Below the pieces are notes generated by a model. That model searched no databases. It saw nothing but the letters and a program-made list of their open reading frames with translations, and had not been told where the DNA came from. The translations under genes and the position numbers were made by a program. Shown here piece after piece: positions 29,769-41,728 of a stretch of 64,000 bases of DNA. The stretch is taken from contig JAQGDQ010000831.1 of the NCBI GenBank assembly GCA_030141605.1, positions 26,710-90,709 of the forward strand, written 5' to 3'. The stretch comes from Tubiluchus corallicola. Lineage: Eukaryota; Animalia; Priapulida. Every line of letters starts with the position of its first letter. The first letter of the stretch is position 1.

Positions 29769-29860
29769 TTACTACTATTATTATTATTATTATTATTGTT
29801 ATTATTATTATTATTTTACTACTATTATTATTATTATTATTGTTATTATTAATTATTTTT
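29724..29860. repeat. (TTA)n microsatellite
   Basis: Direct reading. Confidence 0.9.
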
Positions 29861-31151
29861 CTTATTGTTGATGAACTAAGGCAGCTGACAAACGCAAACT
29901 GTTTAGTTTACCAAATTGCCTTTGCCTGGCTTATATAGTTATGACGTGTATACTTGGCTGATGGTTGTTCACTATGCCTCAAAAAGAATTGCAGATAATT
30001 TCGAGCACCACCAAATAGGCAGCTAACTTTTCCCGTAAATCCGTTTCTATAAACCAGAAGACTGAGCGGTTAGATCGAAAAGAAGCCCGCGTTTGTGGTT
30101 GTGCAACAGCATTACAATTGACGGAAAATTACTTAAGCTTCTGTATACTGCATTTTTTGCAATTAGGGGTAATAAATTTAAACAGTAGAAATTCGATCAT
30201 TATTATAATCTACGCATGCAGTAAAAATTGATTCATAATAATTAATATCATTATAATACAATTTTTCTGCCAAATTTATAAAACTAAATAGGGAACGAAT
30301 AGCTCTCCTGTGTAGTAGTTAGTATAGTAGTAGTAATTAGTGGAAAGTCATTTGGATAATTGACCGCCCACCACCGGATCTTCAACCAAACGAAGCAGTC
30401 GTTGATCAAAGGGCGAAATGTCGTTTTTTTCGGTGTGCGATGTCTGGGAAACAAGCTACGTTAACGATCTGTTTATATTCATCCGCTTAAACTTATTTGC
30501 TTTTTCAGTAACCATCAATACTATAAATTTGATAACAATTATTTATTTAACAAACTGTTACCGGATTTCTGTTAAAGGCGTTTTACGATTTGTCTGCAAT
30601 TTAGGCAAAGGTTATTGCTGCTTAACCTTTTGCACTATTTTTCGCGCAGTAATTTTTCAGGCGCGAAAATTCGGCAATATGAAATCGTTGTTAGTAGATA
30701 TTTTTTGTTGTTTTAATTTCATGGGGTAAAAAACTTAACGAAAGCACTGTACTTCCGTCTACCACTTATTATAGCTTTGAAAATATAAAGGTAATATTTT
30801 ATAAGTAACTGTGAGTTATGATGTAAAGATTTTACTATATTTAGATTATTAACAAAATTAATATAATTATAATTTCTAGAACTCTGATCAGATTGATTCT
30901 TAGTGGCGCGGTACCGTACATTGTATTAATGGAAAATTTCCGCTACAGTCAAACAGCAAAAAATTTGATTCTGAAATGACGTCACTACAGTGGCAGTCAG
31001 AATCGTGTCCACTACATTTCGTATACAAGAATAGAAATAGTAGAATATTCAACGTAAGTAAAGCATCCAGAAAACATTGTGGGGGGTAAAAAGCGGTCAT
31101 TTATCTTTACCCCCTATCCATGCTGTAAGGTACAGTACAAGAGTACTCTCT

Positions 31152-31166
31152 TGGCGAATTTTTGAA
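31152..31166 (+). promoter_or_regulatory. Putative CDE/CHR cell-cycle element of the MKI67-like gene
   Basis: TGGCG-AATT-TTTGAA has the 4-nt spacer before a CHR TTTGAA. A donor AAG|GTAATA at 31178 could end a non-coding exon 1. Confidence 0.5.
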
Positions 31167-32477
31167 GAATTTAAAAGGTAATATAGTAGGCGTATGTGGT
31201 TATTGTTAAATTGCCATATCGTATTGCATAACGCTTGTTGTGTAGTCCAATTAGTTCAAAATGTTTCCCGATGCTTAATTTTCTTTAAAACACAGACATT
31301 CTTTTATCTTATCTCCACAAAACACCAAGTGTAGTATTTATAGTTTATTTTATACAGTCATTATTTATTTACACTTGTAAGCCCTGCCATAATTAAGTAC
31401 TGAATAATAAGTCAGTAATTTAAGAATCAAGTTAGTAAAGGAATGGTTCAACAATAATAATATTCGATCGTATTAAAGCAAAGCCAGACCCAAGCTTAAA
31501 CTGTAGGTCAAAACAATTTACTCTACCCTGTTGAAAGGAACACTATTTTTTTCAAAAATGACTTATGTGAAAGAATTATTACCACACAAATACAATTTCA
31601 CATTCGCGTCGCTAGTTCTTTGCCGTTTCGTGCATTTCGGAAACGCATTATACAAAAACAGGTACTGTAGTTTCTGTTTACAGTTACTGTTAGTATCTCA
31701 GGAACTCCGCATGTTCTACAGCTCATGCGTGAGCACAGCGGTAAATTTGAAATTTGAATTTTTATCTTAAAACGTGCCTAATTTTAGTACAACACACTGA
31801 ATATCTTACAGTAGCACTGTACGTCAATTTTCGCTTTCACAAACACATGCAACAAGCTCATGGAATATTTTTGCTATTGAAAATTATATTAGTTTGTGAT
31901 ATCATCAATAGTTAGCTCGCCCACCATTAATTAAATTTTTAATCTATTATTTAATTATCAGAAACGCGTTTGCAGTATTAATCGTATTAAAATGTTTACT
32001 TTTTATCGGACTTGAAAATGGGGTAGTATATGAAAAATCATCCTGTCTTCCTTCAATATTACCTGCAGAATAAAATTTCAGTGCAGGGTTTCTTTAAGCT
32101 ACATGCGAAAATCTACCAATCTCATCTGCTGGAGATGTAAAATTTGACAATTTTTTTCTAAAAAGGCATTGGTTTTTTTACTCAAATTGACTGATGATAC
32201 AATAACTGTGTGAAACATTATTCTCGCTGTAAATCATTGTTAACATTAGGGCTGAGACAGTTAGGCTTTTTAAATAACCGTTTAAAGTTTAAACATTTAT
32301 TATTGCATTCGGACAACCATTCAACCGTTCCTGATGATGTCATACATTGTTTCATTCATTTCTTGCAGGAGTAATCTTAGCCGGTCAAATCTATCATGCG
32401 CCAGCTAGAATGTCCAACTTGACGGCATCCTCATAACATAAGCGAGTGAAAAACTTTTTACTCTTTACCATTTAGAT

Positions 32478-32978
32478 CAGGTGTGTGCAAATTATCTGAC
32501 TAGCCGGGTCACATTAAACTTTCCCACAATTCCTGCGGGCCACAGGCAGTTTGATCAAGGAGCCAAGTACAGAAAGGCCTAATAACGATTTTGTTTGCGT
32601 CCGACCTGCGTACATCATTACTACTACACTCAAGAAACTATTTTAGAAGTTATTAAAATTTATATTACAAACCACATATTTTTACTTTCGGGACAGATAG
32701 TGGTAATTTCATTACAATGCATATTAGTAATGTGTATCACACAGTCTGTGTAGTACAGTGTTATTAAGCTACAACCGTCTTGTAAGGGTTAATGGCAACC
32801 GATCTAGTAGAAAAAACTACGTGCACTATCTTTGGCATCGTGGCACGGACTTCAGCTGGATACACTCAATTAATCGCCTGGCCCGCACTTTCATTAGGTT
32901 GACAAATCTCTTCGCGGGCCGCACAAATTCTCTCGGCGAACCGCAAGTGGCCCGCAGGCCGCAATTTGCACACCGCTG
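32478..32978 (+). mobile_element. hAT MITE family A, copy 3
   Basis: Same sequence as 5921-6420; TSD ATTTAGAT/AATTAGAT. Confidence 0.92.
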
Positions 32979-33161
32979 AATTAGATGCTTTTGTGCAACC
33001 AGATTAACTGAAACAATTTTCTATTAAGTGGGCCATTGCTAACTGCGTACGCCAACTCAGAAAAGATACATTTCGTAAATACGGATATGTAGAAAACTTG
33101 GCTAAGTAACGGTTAAATGGTTAGTGATTTACTAACGGCTGCACCTGTTAGCGGATGGTTA

Positions 33162-33670
33162 CAGGTATCAGAATCCGCGGAATTCCGAGTTTTTGGAAGA
33201 CCATTTTTGTAAATCGCGTAAATTTGTTGAGAAAATTTTTCCCAGTACATTATTTCCCACTGACCCAGTACATTATTGCATAAGCTGACCGCTAGTTGGC
33301 AGGCCGTCACTTTGTTTACATCCCGTAAATCAGTGTAACCACGTGTATATCTCTATGTATAAAAATATAGAATCAATTGTGCGGAGTTATTTGAGTCAAT
33401 TGCAGACAGTTTTCATATACTTTTGCATAGGAGCAGCCAGCGTTTTTGAGACAATTAGGTATCATGTATCCTTGATAGTCGGGTATTTTAAATTATGTAC
33501 GAAACAAGGTAACTGATATTTTAAGTCCACTTAGAGGCTCTCTATGGTCACAAAATTGCAATTTTTTGCTGCCTCCAAGGGGGCTTCCTTGAACTCCATT
33601 GGGGGCCTAGGCGGCCCCAAAACCCCCGGCCTGTTTCGGAGTTTTTTGCAATTTGTCATTCTCATCCCTA
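33162..33670 (+). mobile_element. MITE family B (CAGGGATGAGAA TIR), degenerate copy
   Basis: Internal sequence matches 46894-47406; ends with TTCTCATCCCTA. Confidence 0.8.
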
Positions 33671-33736
33671 CAGGTAACTATCTCAGCCTTAGTTAATATT
33701 AAAATTAAAGAAATGATTGATTTATTGTTTTCTAGG

Positions 33737-33828
33737 ATGCCTTTATATGGCAAAATTGTGGTCATTAAACGGAATGGACAGGATGGTGCACACTTTCCTT
33801 TAACCGTGCCACAGTGCCTTTTTGGCAG
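33737..33828 (+). CDS. MKI67: Ki-67-like protein, coding exon 1 (FHA domain start)
   Basis: TCTAG|G ATG; MPLYGKIVVIKRNGQDGAHFPLTVPQCLFG(R), compared with human MWPTRRLVTIKRSGVDGPHFPLSLSTCLFGR; phase-2 donor GCAG|GTAGG. Confidence 0.92.
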
Positions 33829-33988
33829 GTAGGTAAATTATATGTTTATTCTATCACTTTAAAATCTATAAGTCTTTCTGAATGATTTAGTTGAAGTACG
33901 TGACTTAAAAAACATAGTGGTTATGGGTCTTGCTTATGTAAAGGGTTGAAAACCTTTGTTTCTTCATTTAGTAACAATGACTATTAAA

Positions 33989-35034
33989 CTTGGCTGTGGA
34001 TTTGGTACATTAAACTCCTAACTCTGGCTCCAACTCCATCTCCTAGAGTCAATCAATCAATCAATTAATTTATTTCACTCCAGCAATACATATACAATAC
34101 ATCAACATACAATATTATTGAAACAAAAAGAAACAGTATAGGTAAAACAAACGTTGATGAAGTCAAATTAACCAAATAAAAGAGTTGCTGTATGACACCT
34201 TGAAAGCTTGGCTTGTTAAGGTGGCACAAATGAGTGCATGAAAGAATGGTTAGGGTTAGTAGACATGATGGAATAGAAAAAAATAGTAAGATTAGGGATA
34301 GGAAGAAGGAAAAGAGGAGAAGAAACGACCACAGTGTATGTTTAATTTACATGGAGGTATATTAAAATAGCATTATAATTAATTGGAGGCCATATATTGC
34401 GACTGCATGAGACATGGAACCATTTAAATTGTATTATAAGTATGAATCAAAAGTGGTCCTTTTCAAGTACTTTTTGAAACTATAAATAGTTTTGTGTATT
34501 TTTACTTGGGCACTTATTTTATTCCAGTTATTGGGGGCTGTGAATTTAATAAAGAGTTTTAGGAGCCCTGACTCCTGCCTTTAAGTAATAGTTTGTGGTA
34601 CTCTCTATATTTAGCTACAGTGACATTTTATCACCACTTCTCATGATAAAAAAACAGTCTAGCTGCATAGATGCCAATATGAAAGCGTCTCAAAATGGGA
34701 CGTTATGCATAAATGCATTACATGTTAAAAGTAACTGGAGTCCGAGTTTGTCTATTTTTTACCAACTCTAACATTGACTCCTCTAACAATAAGTGTACTA
34801 CCTAGTCCCGACTCCAACTCAAAAACCCGATTCCTTTAGCATTTAATTTACTGTCGACTCCGACTCCAGTACCCTAAGTTTTAACAACTCCGACTCCTTT
34901 AAGCAGTTAGTTTTAACAACTCCGACTCCTTTAGCAGTTAATTTACTGCCGACTCCGACTCCAGTACCCTAAGTTTTAACAACTCCGAGTCCTTTACCAG
35001 TTAATTCACTGTCAACTCCGACTCCACAGCCATG
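33989..35034. mobile_element. hAT-like element with ACTCCGACTCC repeats, containing a nested LINE 3' end (about 34051-34560, minus strand)
   Basis: Ends CTTGGCTGTGGA/TCCACAGCCATG; TSD CTATTAAA/TTATTAAA. The nested part translates to FIKFTAPNNWNKISAQVK..SFKKYLK* and ends in an (ATTG)n tail. Confidence 0.7.
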
Positions 35035-35145
35035 TTATTAAACCTATTTTCAGTCGTTTGAAAATACCCATTTCCTTTTGGTTATGGTTTTTGCCAGCTA
35101 TAAAAATTTTCTTTCTTGTTTGAGTAAAATTAATACATTTTACAG

Positions 35146-35227
35146 GAGCAATGAGTGCGACATACGGATTCAGCTGCCCAATGTTTCCAAAGAGCACTGT
35201 CGCATTGATGTTAATGAAAATGGAGAG
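35146..35227 (+). CDS. MKI67: Ki-67-like protein, coding exon 2 (FHA)
   Basis: SNECDIRIQLPNVSKEHCRIDVNENGE, compared with human GIECDIRIQLPVVSKQHCKIEI; TACAG| and |GTAAGT. Confidence 0.93.
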
Positions 35228-35267
35228 GTAAGTTTCGTTGCACATTTACCTAAAGTACATTTTAAAT

Positions 35268-35749
35268 CAGGGTTGTGCAAATTATCCGACTAGCCGGGCC
35301 ACATCAAACTTTCGCGCAATTCCCGCGGGCCACAGGCAGTTTGGTCGAGGAGCCAAGTACAGAAAAGCCTAATAACGATTTTTTTGCATCCGACCTGCGT
35401 ACATCATTACTACTACACTCAAGAAACTATTTTAGAAGTTATTAAAATTTATATTACAAACCATATATTTCTACTTTCAGGACAGATAGTGGTAATTTCA
35501 TAACAATGCTTATTAGTAATGTGTATCACACAGTCTGTGTTGTACAGCGACATTAAGCTACAACCGTCTTGTAAGGGTTAATGGCATCCGATCTAGTAGA
35601 AAAAACTACCTGCACTATCTTTGGGATCGTGGCACAGACTTCAGCTGGATACACTCAATTAATCGCCTGGGCCGCACTTTCATTAGGTTGACAAATCTCT
35701 TCGCGGGCCGCACAAAGTCTCTCGGCGGGCCGCAATTTGCACACCCCTG
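35268..35749 (+). mobile_element. hAT MITE family A, copy 4
   Basis: TIRs present; TSD TTTTAAAT/GTTTAAAT. Confidence 0.92.
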
Positions 35750-36512
35750 GTTTAAATGTACACTGCAAAATGTTGCTTAGTAAGTTAAATAAGAGAATGA
35801 AATGAATTCATCTTGCGTGAACTTTATTTGTTTGAACAGCAAAAAATGCATTAAGATGCAGTTAAGTAAATTTTTAATAGTGAATTTTCGCTTATGAAGG
35901 TCAAGCTTAAATGGCTTCAGATTTGAAGCCCAATATTGAAAGAATTTGACGAATTCAAATCAAAATTAAAAACACATACATTAAATCGTTTTGAAAACCC
36001 AACATACGTAAACGATAATATATATTCATCCACAAATTTTATTTACCATTTTAAATTATATGTATGTGTTGTATATAGTCTATTATAATTTCCGTGTAAT
36101 ATTATAATGTATATCTAGTTTTAAATTTTTGACACAGTAGTTTTTAGTTTGCACTGGACGCATTTGCCTTTAACAGTTGTGTGAATTTTATTCTCATGCT
36201 GCGATATTCTTTTATGCTTTTATAGTTATAAATATCGATTTTTTTTATGGCAAATAAAGATTATTATACACACACACACATATATATATATATAAAAAGA
36301 TCTTAATATTGGTTTCGGGCTTTCAGGACAGTTTAAAATACAAACTATAAAATCTTTTGTCCTATGTTTTGTCTTCTAGCTGCAGGTATCGGTCAATTTC
36401 GGGAAATATTAGACATTCGTTTGCTTTAGTTTTGCAACAAAAGATCTAAAAGTCATAAGGATCTTCGCTTTCTTAAGTTTGGGCTGTATTTGGTACAAGA
36501 TATTAGCATATG

Positions 36513-36513
<1 letters not shown>

Positions 36514-36588
<75 letters not shown>
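36514..36588. repeat. (GT)n microsatellite
   Basis: Direct reading. Confidence 0.97.
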
Positions 36589-36590
<2 letters not shown>

Positions 36591-36739
36591 TGTATTGGTA
36601 TTTGCGAACGGGCGTGATTTTGTTTATGTGATGATGTTTCGCTTATTGAGGCAGTTTAATTACACATTAATTAGTGTCGTTAAGCAGGAATGTAACTATG
36701 TTTGCCTAAGATCATGCTTTACGTTCTTTTAACTGCATA

Positions 36740-37177
36740 CCGTATTTTCCCGTGTATAAGAGACCCTTTTTTGCTCAGAATTTTCACTTTAAAAATAGGG
36801 GGTCTCTTATACATGGGAGTAAGTCTTTTCAATAAGATGCATAAATTGTGACACTAATGATTTTAAAGAAATAAGTGCTCTACAACTGTTTTGCGTGTCG
36901 CGTTCGACTATGAAGCGGTTGTAAGCAATACAAGCATCGTGACACAGGCATTATCTCCTCGTTTTCTCTTTTCCTGTTACAGGTTTGCAGGTACGCACTT
37001 TAATATATAACAGTACTCTTTTTCTACAACACATTAACTGGTTTTATTTTGTTTTCAGTACCGCACTGAGTTGAAAAAAGTTGTACTCTACCCTCTAAAA
37101 ATGTCCGTCTGAAAAAACTTTTTTCCAGAATTTTTGCCTAAAAATTGAAGGGGTCTCTTATACACGGGAAAATACGG
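36740..37177. mobile_element. Tc1/mariner-pogo-type MITE
   Basis: TIR CCGTATTTTCCCGTGTATAAGAGACCC at both ends; TA TSD. Confidence 0.9.
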
Positions 37178-37622
37178 TAATTGTATGTTCCACTATAGAA
37201 TTTGAAAGTGATTCTATGGGGCCGCTTTAAAATTCGATGAGTTATGAAAGAACCGTTTGTCATATAATAATAAAAGATGAAAATAATTTTTGCTATGTCG
37301 TATGAATATTCATACACAACTATTTTTGCGCGTGTATACTGGTAATGCAATTACTGCTGATCTTGGTCATGGAAAATCAATATTTGGTCAGCGAAAAGTC
37401 AGGAAAATTTATTTTAAAATAAATAAATATATTTAAAAAATAATAATATTTTAATATAAATAAATAAATATAGGGAATCCTGTATGATGTTTGTAAATTA
37501 TTTTGTATCTCATTTACGTACCTATACTGCTTTTGCTTTCCAATGGAACTGTGGAACTTGTCATGTATATATATATATATTATATATATATATATAGACC
37601 ACATGATTTTTTCTTTCTTTAG

Positions 37623-38045
37623 ATCTTTCTCAGCAATTTGAGCAGTGTTAACCAGACAGTCCTCAATGGAGCCTCCATTCGCGACCCCGAGCACATCAAG
37701 CACAAGGACGTCTTCACCGTTATCGATCGGTCATTTCGCTTCGAGTTTCCTCCCGGTTCTCCGTTTCGCACCTCGCAGAACCAGCTTCCGACCGAGATAC
37801 CGCGGGGTTCTCCTCGAGGTTCTGCGGCCGAGGCGCGGATATTGACGCCCTCCAAGGCTGCGAGCTCTCCGTCTAAAAACGTGCAGAAGCGTTCCCCGAC
37901 GAAGAAGGACTCGTCCGTGAAAATCATCTCGCCAAAGCAGAAACCGCCGTCTCCGCTCAAGTTTATCGATGCGTCTCCACCTGGAAGACAGGTTGCGGGA
38001 AACGGAGACGTGAACAGACAAAAGTCTTTTAGTTCCGGTCGTAAG
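37623..38045 (+). CDS. MKI67: Ki-67-like protein, coding exon 3 (end of FHA plus SP-rich region)
   Basis: IFLSNLSSVNQTVLNG...HKDVFTVIDRSFRFE, compared with human HGDVITIIDRSFRYE; phase-0 ends TTTAG| and AAG|GTAGGT. Confidence 0.9.
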
Positions 38046-38512
38046 GTAGGTGAAAACTTCATTTTAGGTTGGGATATGGTACTAGACATATTATTATTAT
38101 TATTATTATAATTCTTTATTTAAAATTGTACGCATATACAAATATTTACATAAAATACATACAGGGACCCTCTATTTGCAGGGTATGGTTAAAAAAACTT
38201 TGTAAATAAAGTAGCTGTTATATTCGCAAGACTTTTAAATACCAATAAATCAATATACCAATAAAAGAACAACTAAAATCAAATAGTACCAGTTTACACA
38301 AAACGACCTGTATAATATCAAAGTGACAGATATAATATAAAAGTTCAATATTTTATACTAAAGTTTGTAAAAACGAATCACAAACTAACTCAGAGAAAGC
38401 AACTAGCAGGTTTTTGTCTCGTGAGATATAAATTTTACTAATGTTTTGAAATTGTAGGCTATTTGGGTTATGCCATTTATGAGTTATATCCCACAGGTGT
38501 TCGGGTCTGCAA

Positions 38513-39530
38513 CTAGACACAGACATAGAACATTTATTTTCTCCAATTAGTTTAACATCAAAAGTTTTTTAAATATTAAGTGATTATAATCATGGAGCAG
38601 GGCAGGGAAGGACAATAGGGTCATCCAGTCTCATGCTTATTTTCTCCAATTAGTTTAACATCAAAAGTTTTTTTAAATATTAAGTGATTATAATCATGGA
38701 GCAGGGCAGGGAAGGACAATAGGGTCATCCAGTCTCATGCTTATTTTCTCCAATTAGTTTAACATCAAAAGTTTTTTTTAAATATTAAGTGATTATAATC
38801 ATGGAGCAGGGCAGGGAAGGACAATAGGGTCATCTAATCTCCTGCTTATTTTCTCCAATTAGTTTAACATCAAAAGTTTTTTTAAATATTAAGTAATTAT
38901 AATCATGGAGCAGGGCAGGGAAGGACAATAGGGTCATCCAGCAACGGTGATGCTGCAGATAACAAAAACAAAAACAAATAAGAAAAAAATGATATTAAAA
39001 ACAGTATAAATGATACAAATTATCCATTAAACAAAAAATAATAAAGTTAGATACCTAAATCTAAACAAAACAATACAATTATTCAGTAATTAGGATTATT
39101 ATATGTAGTAGTTTCAAATTATTAACAGGGTTTTATTAACAGGGGAATTTGACCAAGGTTAGTGAGTAAAGTTAAAAACTGAGAGTATAGAAAGAAAAAA
39201 ATAAGCATCAGAAAAGTGTAATATAGAAAAATTTATGAGAAAAAGTAAGTATGAGAAAGAGCAACGATTACTTAGGAGATGAGGAGAAAAAAGAAAAGAA
39301 AAAACCTGCTAGCTTGCTTATTAGTCTTACAAGTTATGTACTACAGGTATATCCTTTTAGTAAGAATTTTGTGTATTTTTTGGAAGCAGAAAATAAGCTA
39401 CCTTCAAAGGTATCTTTTGGCAACGAATTCCATAATTTAACTCCTCGTGATTTTAAGCTATTGAAACCATGTCGGGTAAAAAATTCATGTCTAGGACTGA
39501 CCATTGATGCAAAAATAAAGCACAAGAAAC
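38513..39530 (-). mobile_element. 5'-truncated CR1/L2-group LINE with a 4x amplified ~104-bp 3' end
   Basis: ORF end ...SLKSRGVKLWNSLP... (39334-39525); 3' UTR shared with 5110-5730; the unit recurs at 38541, 38644, 38748 and 38853. Confidence 0.75.
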
Positions 39531-40039
39531 ATTGTTCATGAATAATGCTTTTAAAAACTCTTGAAATGCCACATCGCTTGCATATTGTCTGTCTTGCATC
39601 ATTGTCTTATTAAATCATAGCATGGGTTAGCGCTAACGCTTTATAAAACTTGCAAAGTTAAACACTTGCGATGACTGTTAGGTGCAGCCATTTTAACGGT
39701 AAGTTGTTTGAAACAAGTTTTAACAACATTGCGTAAAGTGTGAAAAAAATAATCAGAGCATTCGCAGTCAGGGAAGAGAATTTTCCTCGGATACGCGGAA
39801 TTCCGAGTTTTTTGGGACCTGCTGGGCTAGTTGTTCTTAGCTAGTCAAGCCTTGGTGAAATAACTTTAAAATCACCCTTCTTGTAATCTAATAATTCTGA
39901 TTTTAAATGCATTGGGAACAAATTTGTACTGATTTGTATGTAAACAGTGTTCTACATGTTTTCAGCTGCTGACCATTTAAAATATTGACTTAATTTTGGA
40001 AAATGGAATTTCAGCAGTAAGACACACACATACATGCTT

Positions 40040-40270
<231 letters not shown>

Positions 40271-40430
40271 CATTTCTGCCACACCTTTCGAATTCGCTCA
40301 TTCCTTTTCTTCTCTCTTGTCTTCCTTTTCGTCAAGAACCAGTATGCTATAACGATAGATACAGTATCTTCTTCACTTCATGTAATAGTATACGTTTAAT
40401 GTTCATTGGCATAATCTCGATATTTGGCAG

Positions 40431-40608
40431 GCACCAAGCCTCAGTAGTCCCTTTGTTGCACGAAAGATGGCGCCACTGAGAAACAGCATAGGCAACCTGC
40501 GCAGAAAATCCGTGCCTATCCGGGAAGTCGATTGTGATTCAGGGGGAGACGCTCCATCTCCCAGTCGTATGTCTGCACGCATACGGACACCTACTGAGAA
40601 AATACTCG
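40431..40608 (+). CDS. MKI67: Ki-67-like protein, coding exon 4
   Basis: GGCAG| APSLSSPFVARKMAPLRNSIGNLRRKSVP...TPTEKIL |GTAAGG; phases 0 and 1 fit exons 3 and 5. Confidence 0.8.
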
Positions 40609-41728
40609 GTAAGGAGTGACCTCATAAACATATACAATAGATTTTGTAAGAAAGTTTCACTGACGAAATTATGCCCAAGGATTGTTGCAAAAGTGCAGTA
40701 AATGTTTCATTTCGTCTTGTTCGTTTCAGAAATTCCGTTTCATTTTTTTTTTGAACTAAGACAATTTCGAGAAGGAAGCTCAGTTAGCTAAGTACCCAGA
40801 AGCTGAGTTTTTATTGGTGCATTGCCTCCCCTGTAAAAAACGACAATTTAAAACAGCTTGGAAAAGAACATTGTATCTTATTTTCAATCATTCGTGTATG
40901 CAGAATTGTGCAAGTTTTTGTGGAGAAACGTAGTAAATCCGTCGCGTAAGTGAACCTGTTAAAACCTGTTATTATTATTGTAGATAGCCCGTTCAGCGGT
41001 GGGTGTAGTAGGCATATTTTGAATTTGCGAGAGGGCCACGGCGTCCTGTGACGGGCGTTTTCCCGGACCCAACTCGTGATTTTTTCGAAATTTTGGTCAA
41101 ACAGCCTGCAGAAAAAATGTTCTAGCAGCGTCTGGTGAGACTCTCGAGAGGAGATATATAGCTCTTTAAAAAGAGGAAGAAAGGGGCTACACGATGATGT
41201 GGGCTATATTTTAGGGCAGGTCCACCTAGAGGAGTGACGACGAGTTAATTAGATGTTCTATTTTTGGCAATTTTTGCTTGGAAAACTGCTGACGCAAAAC
41301 CATTGTTCTGACGTCATCCATTGTACTCTGTCTATAACCTTATAACTTTAATTCAGTAAAAGCTGCTGCTGGCTTTGCTTTATAAATGAGGACTATGTAG
41401 GATGTTCGCGTATTTTTGATTATATGTGTATTTATAAGCAAAACTTTGCTAGTTATTATTATTATTATGCTTTTATACTCTGTGTGCTCTTAAAGTGAGC
41501 CGTATGATAAAGCTATAAAACTTGAGTTTTTCTGCTTGGTTTATTGATGTGCCGCACAGTTCCACAAATTGCTGATACTTTCCTACTTGAAATGACGTGA
41601 GCAAGTACAATTTTCCCGCCGATGTGATGTCATTGGTAGAAGTAGAAACATGGTTTTTAAATTCTGTCTTGCGTTGTTGTTGTTGAGACATTGGCTGTCC
41701 ATTTCATTAAAGTTAATTTTCTTTGCAG

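Noticed and set aside
30300-30730. Possible divergent gene upstream of the Ki-67-like gene
   Set aside because: No convincing reading frame or splice-compatible exons on either strand.
32190-32225. CTGATGA...GAAAC hammerhead-like spacing
   Set aside because: Stem II is imperfect and no stem I or III pairing was found.
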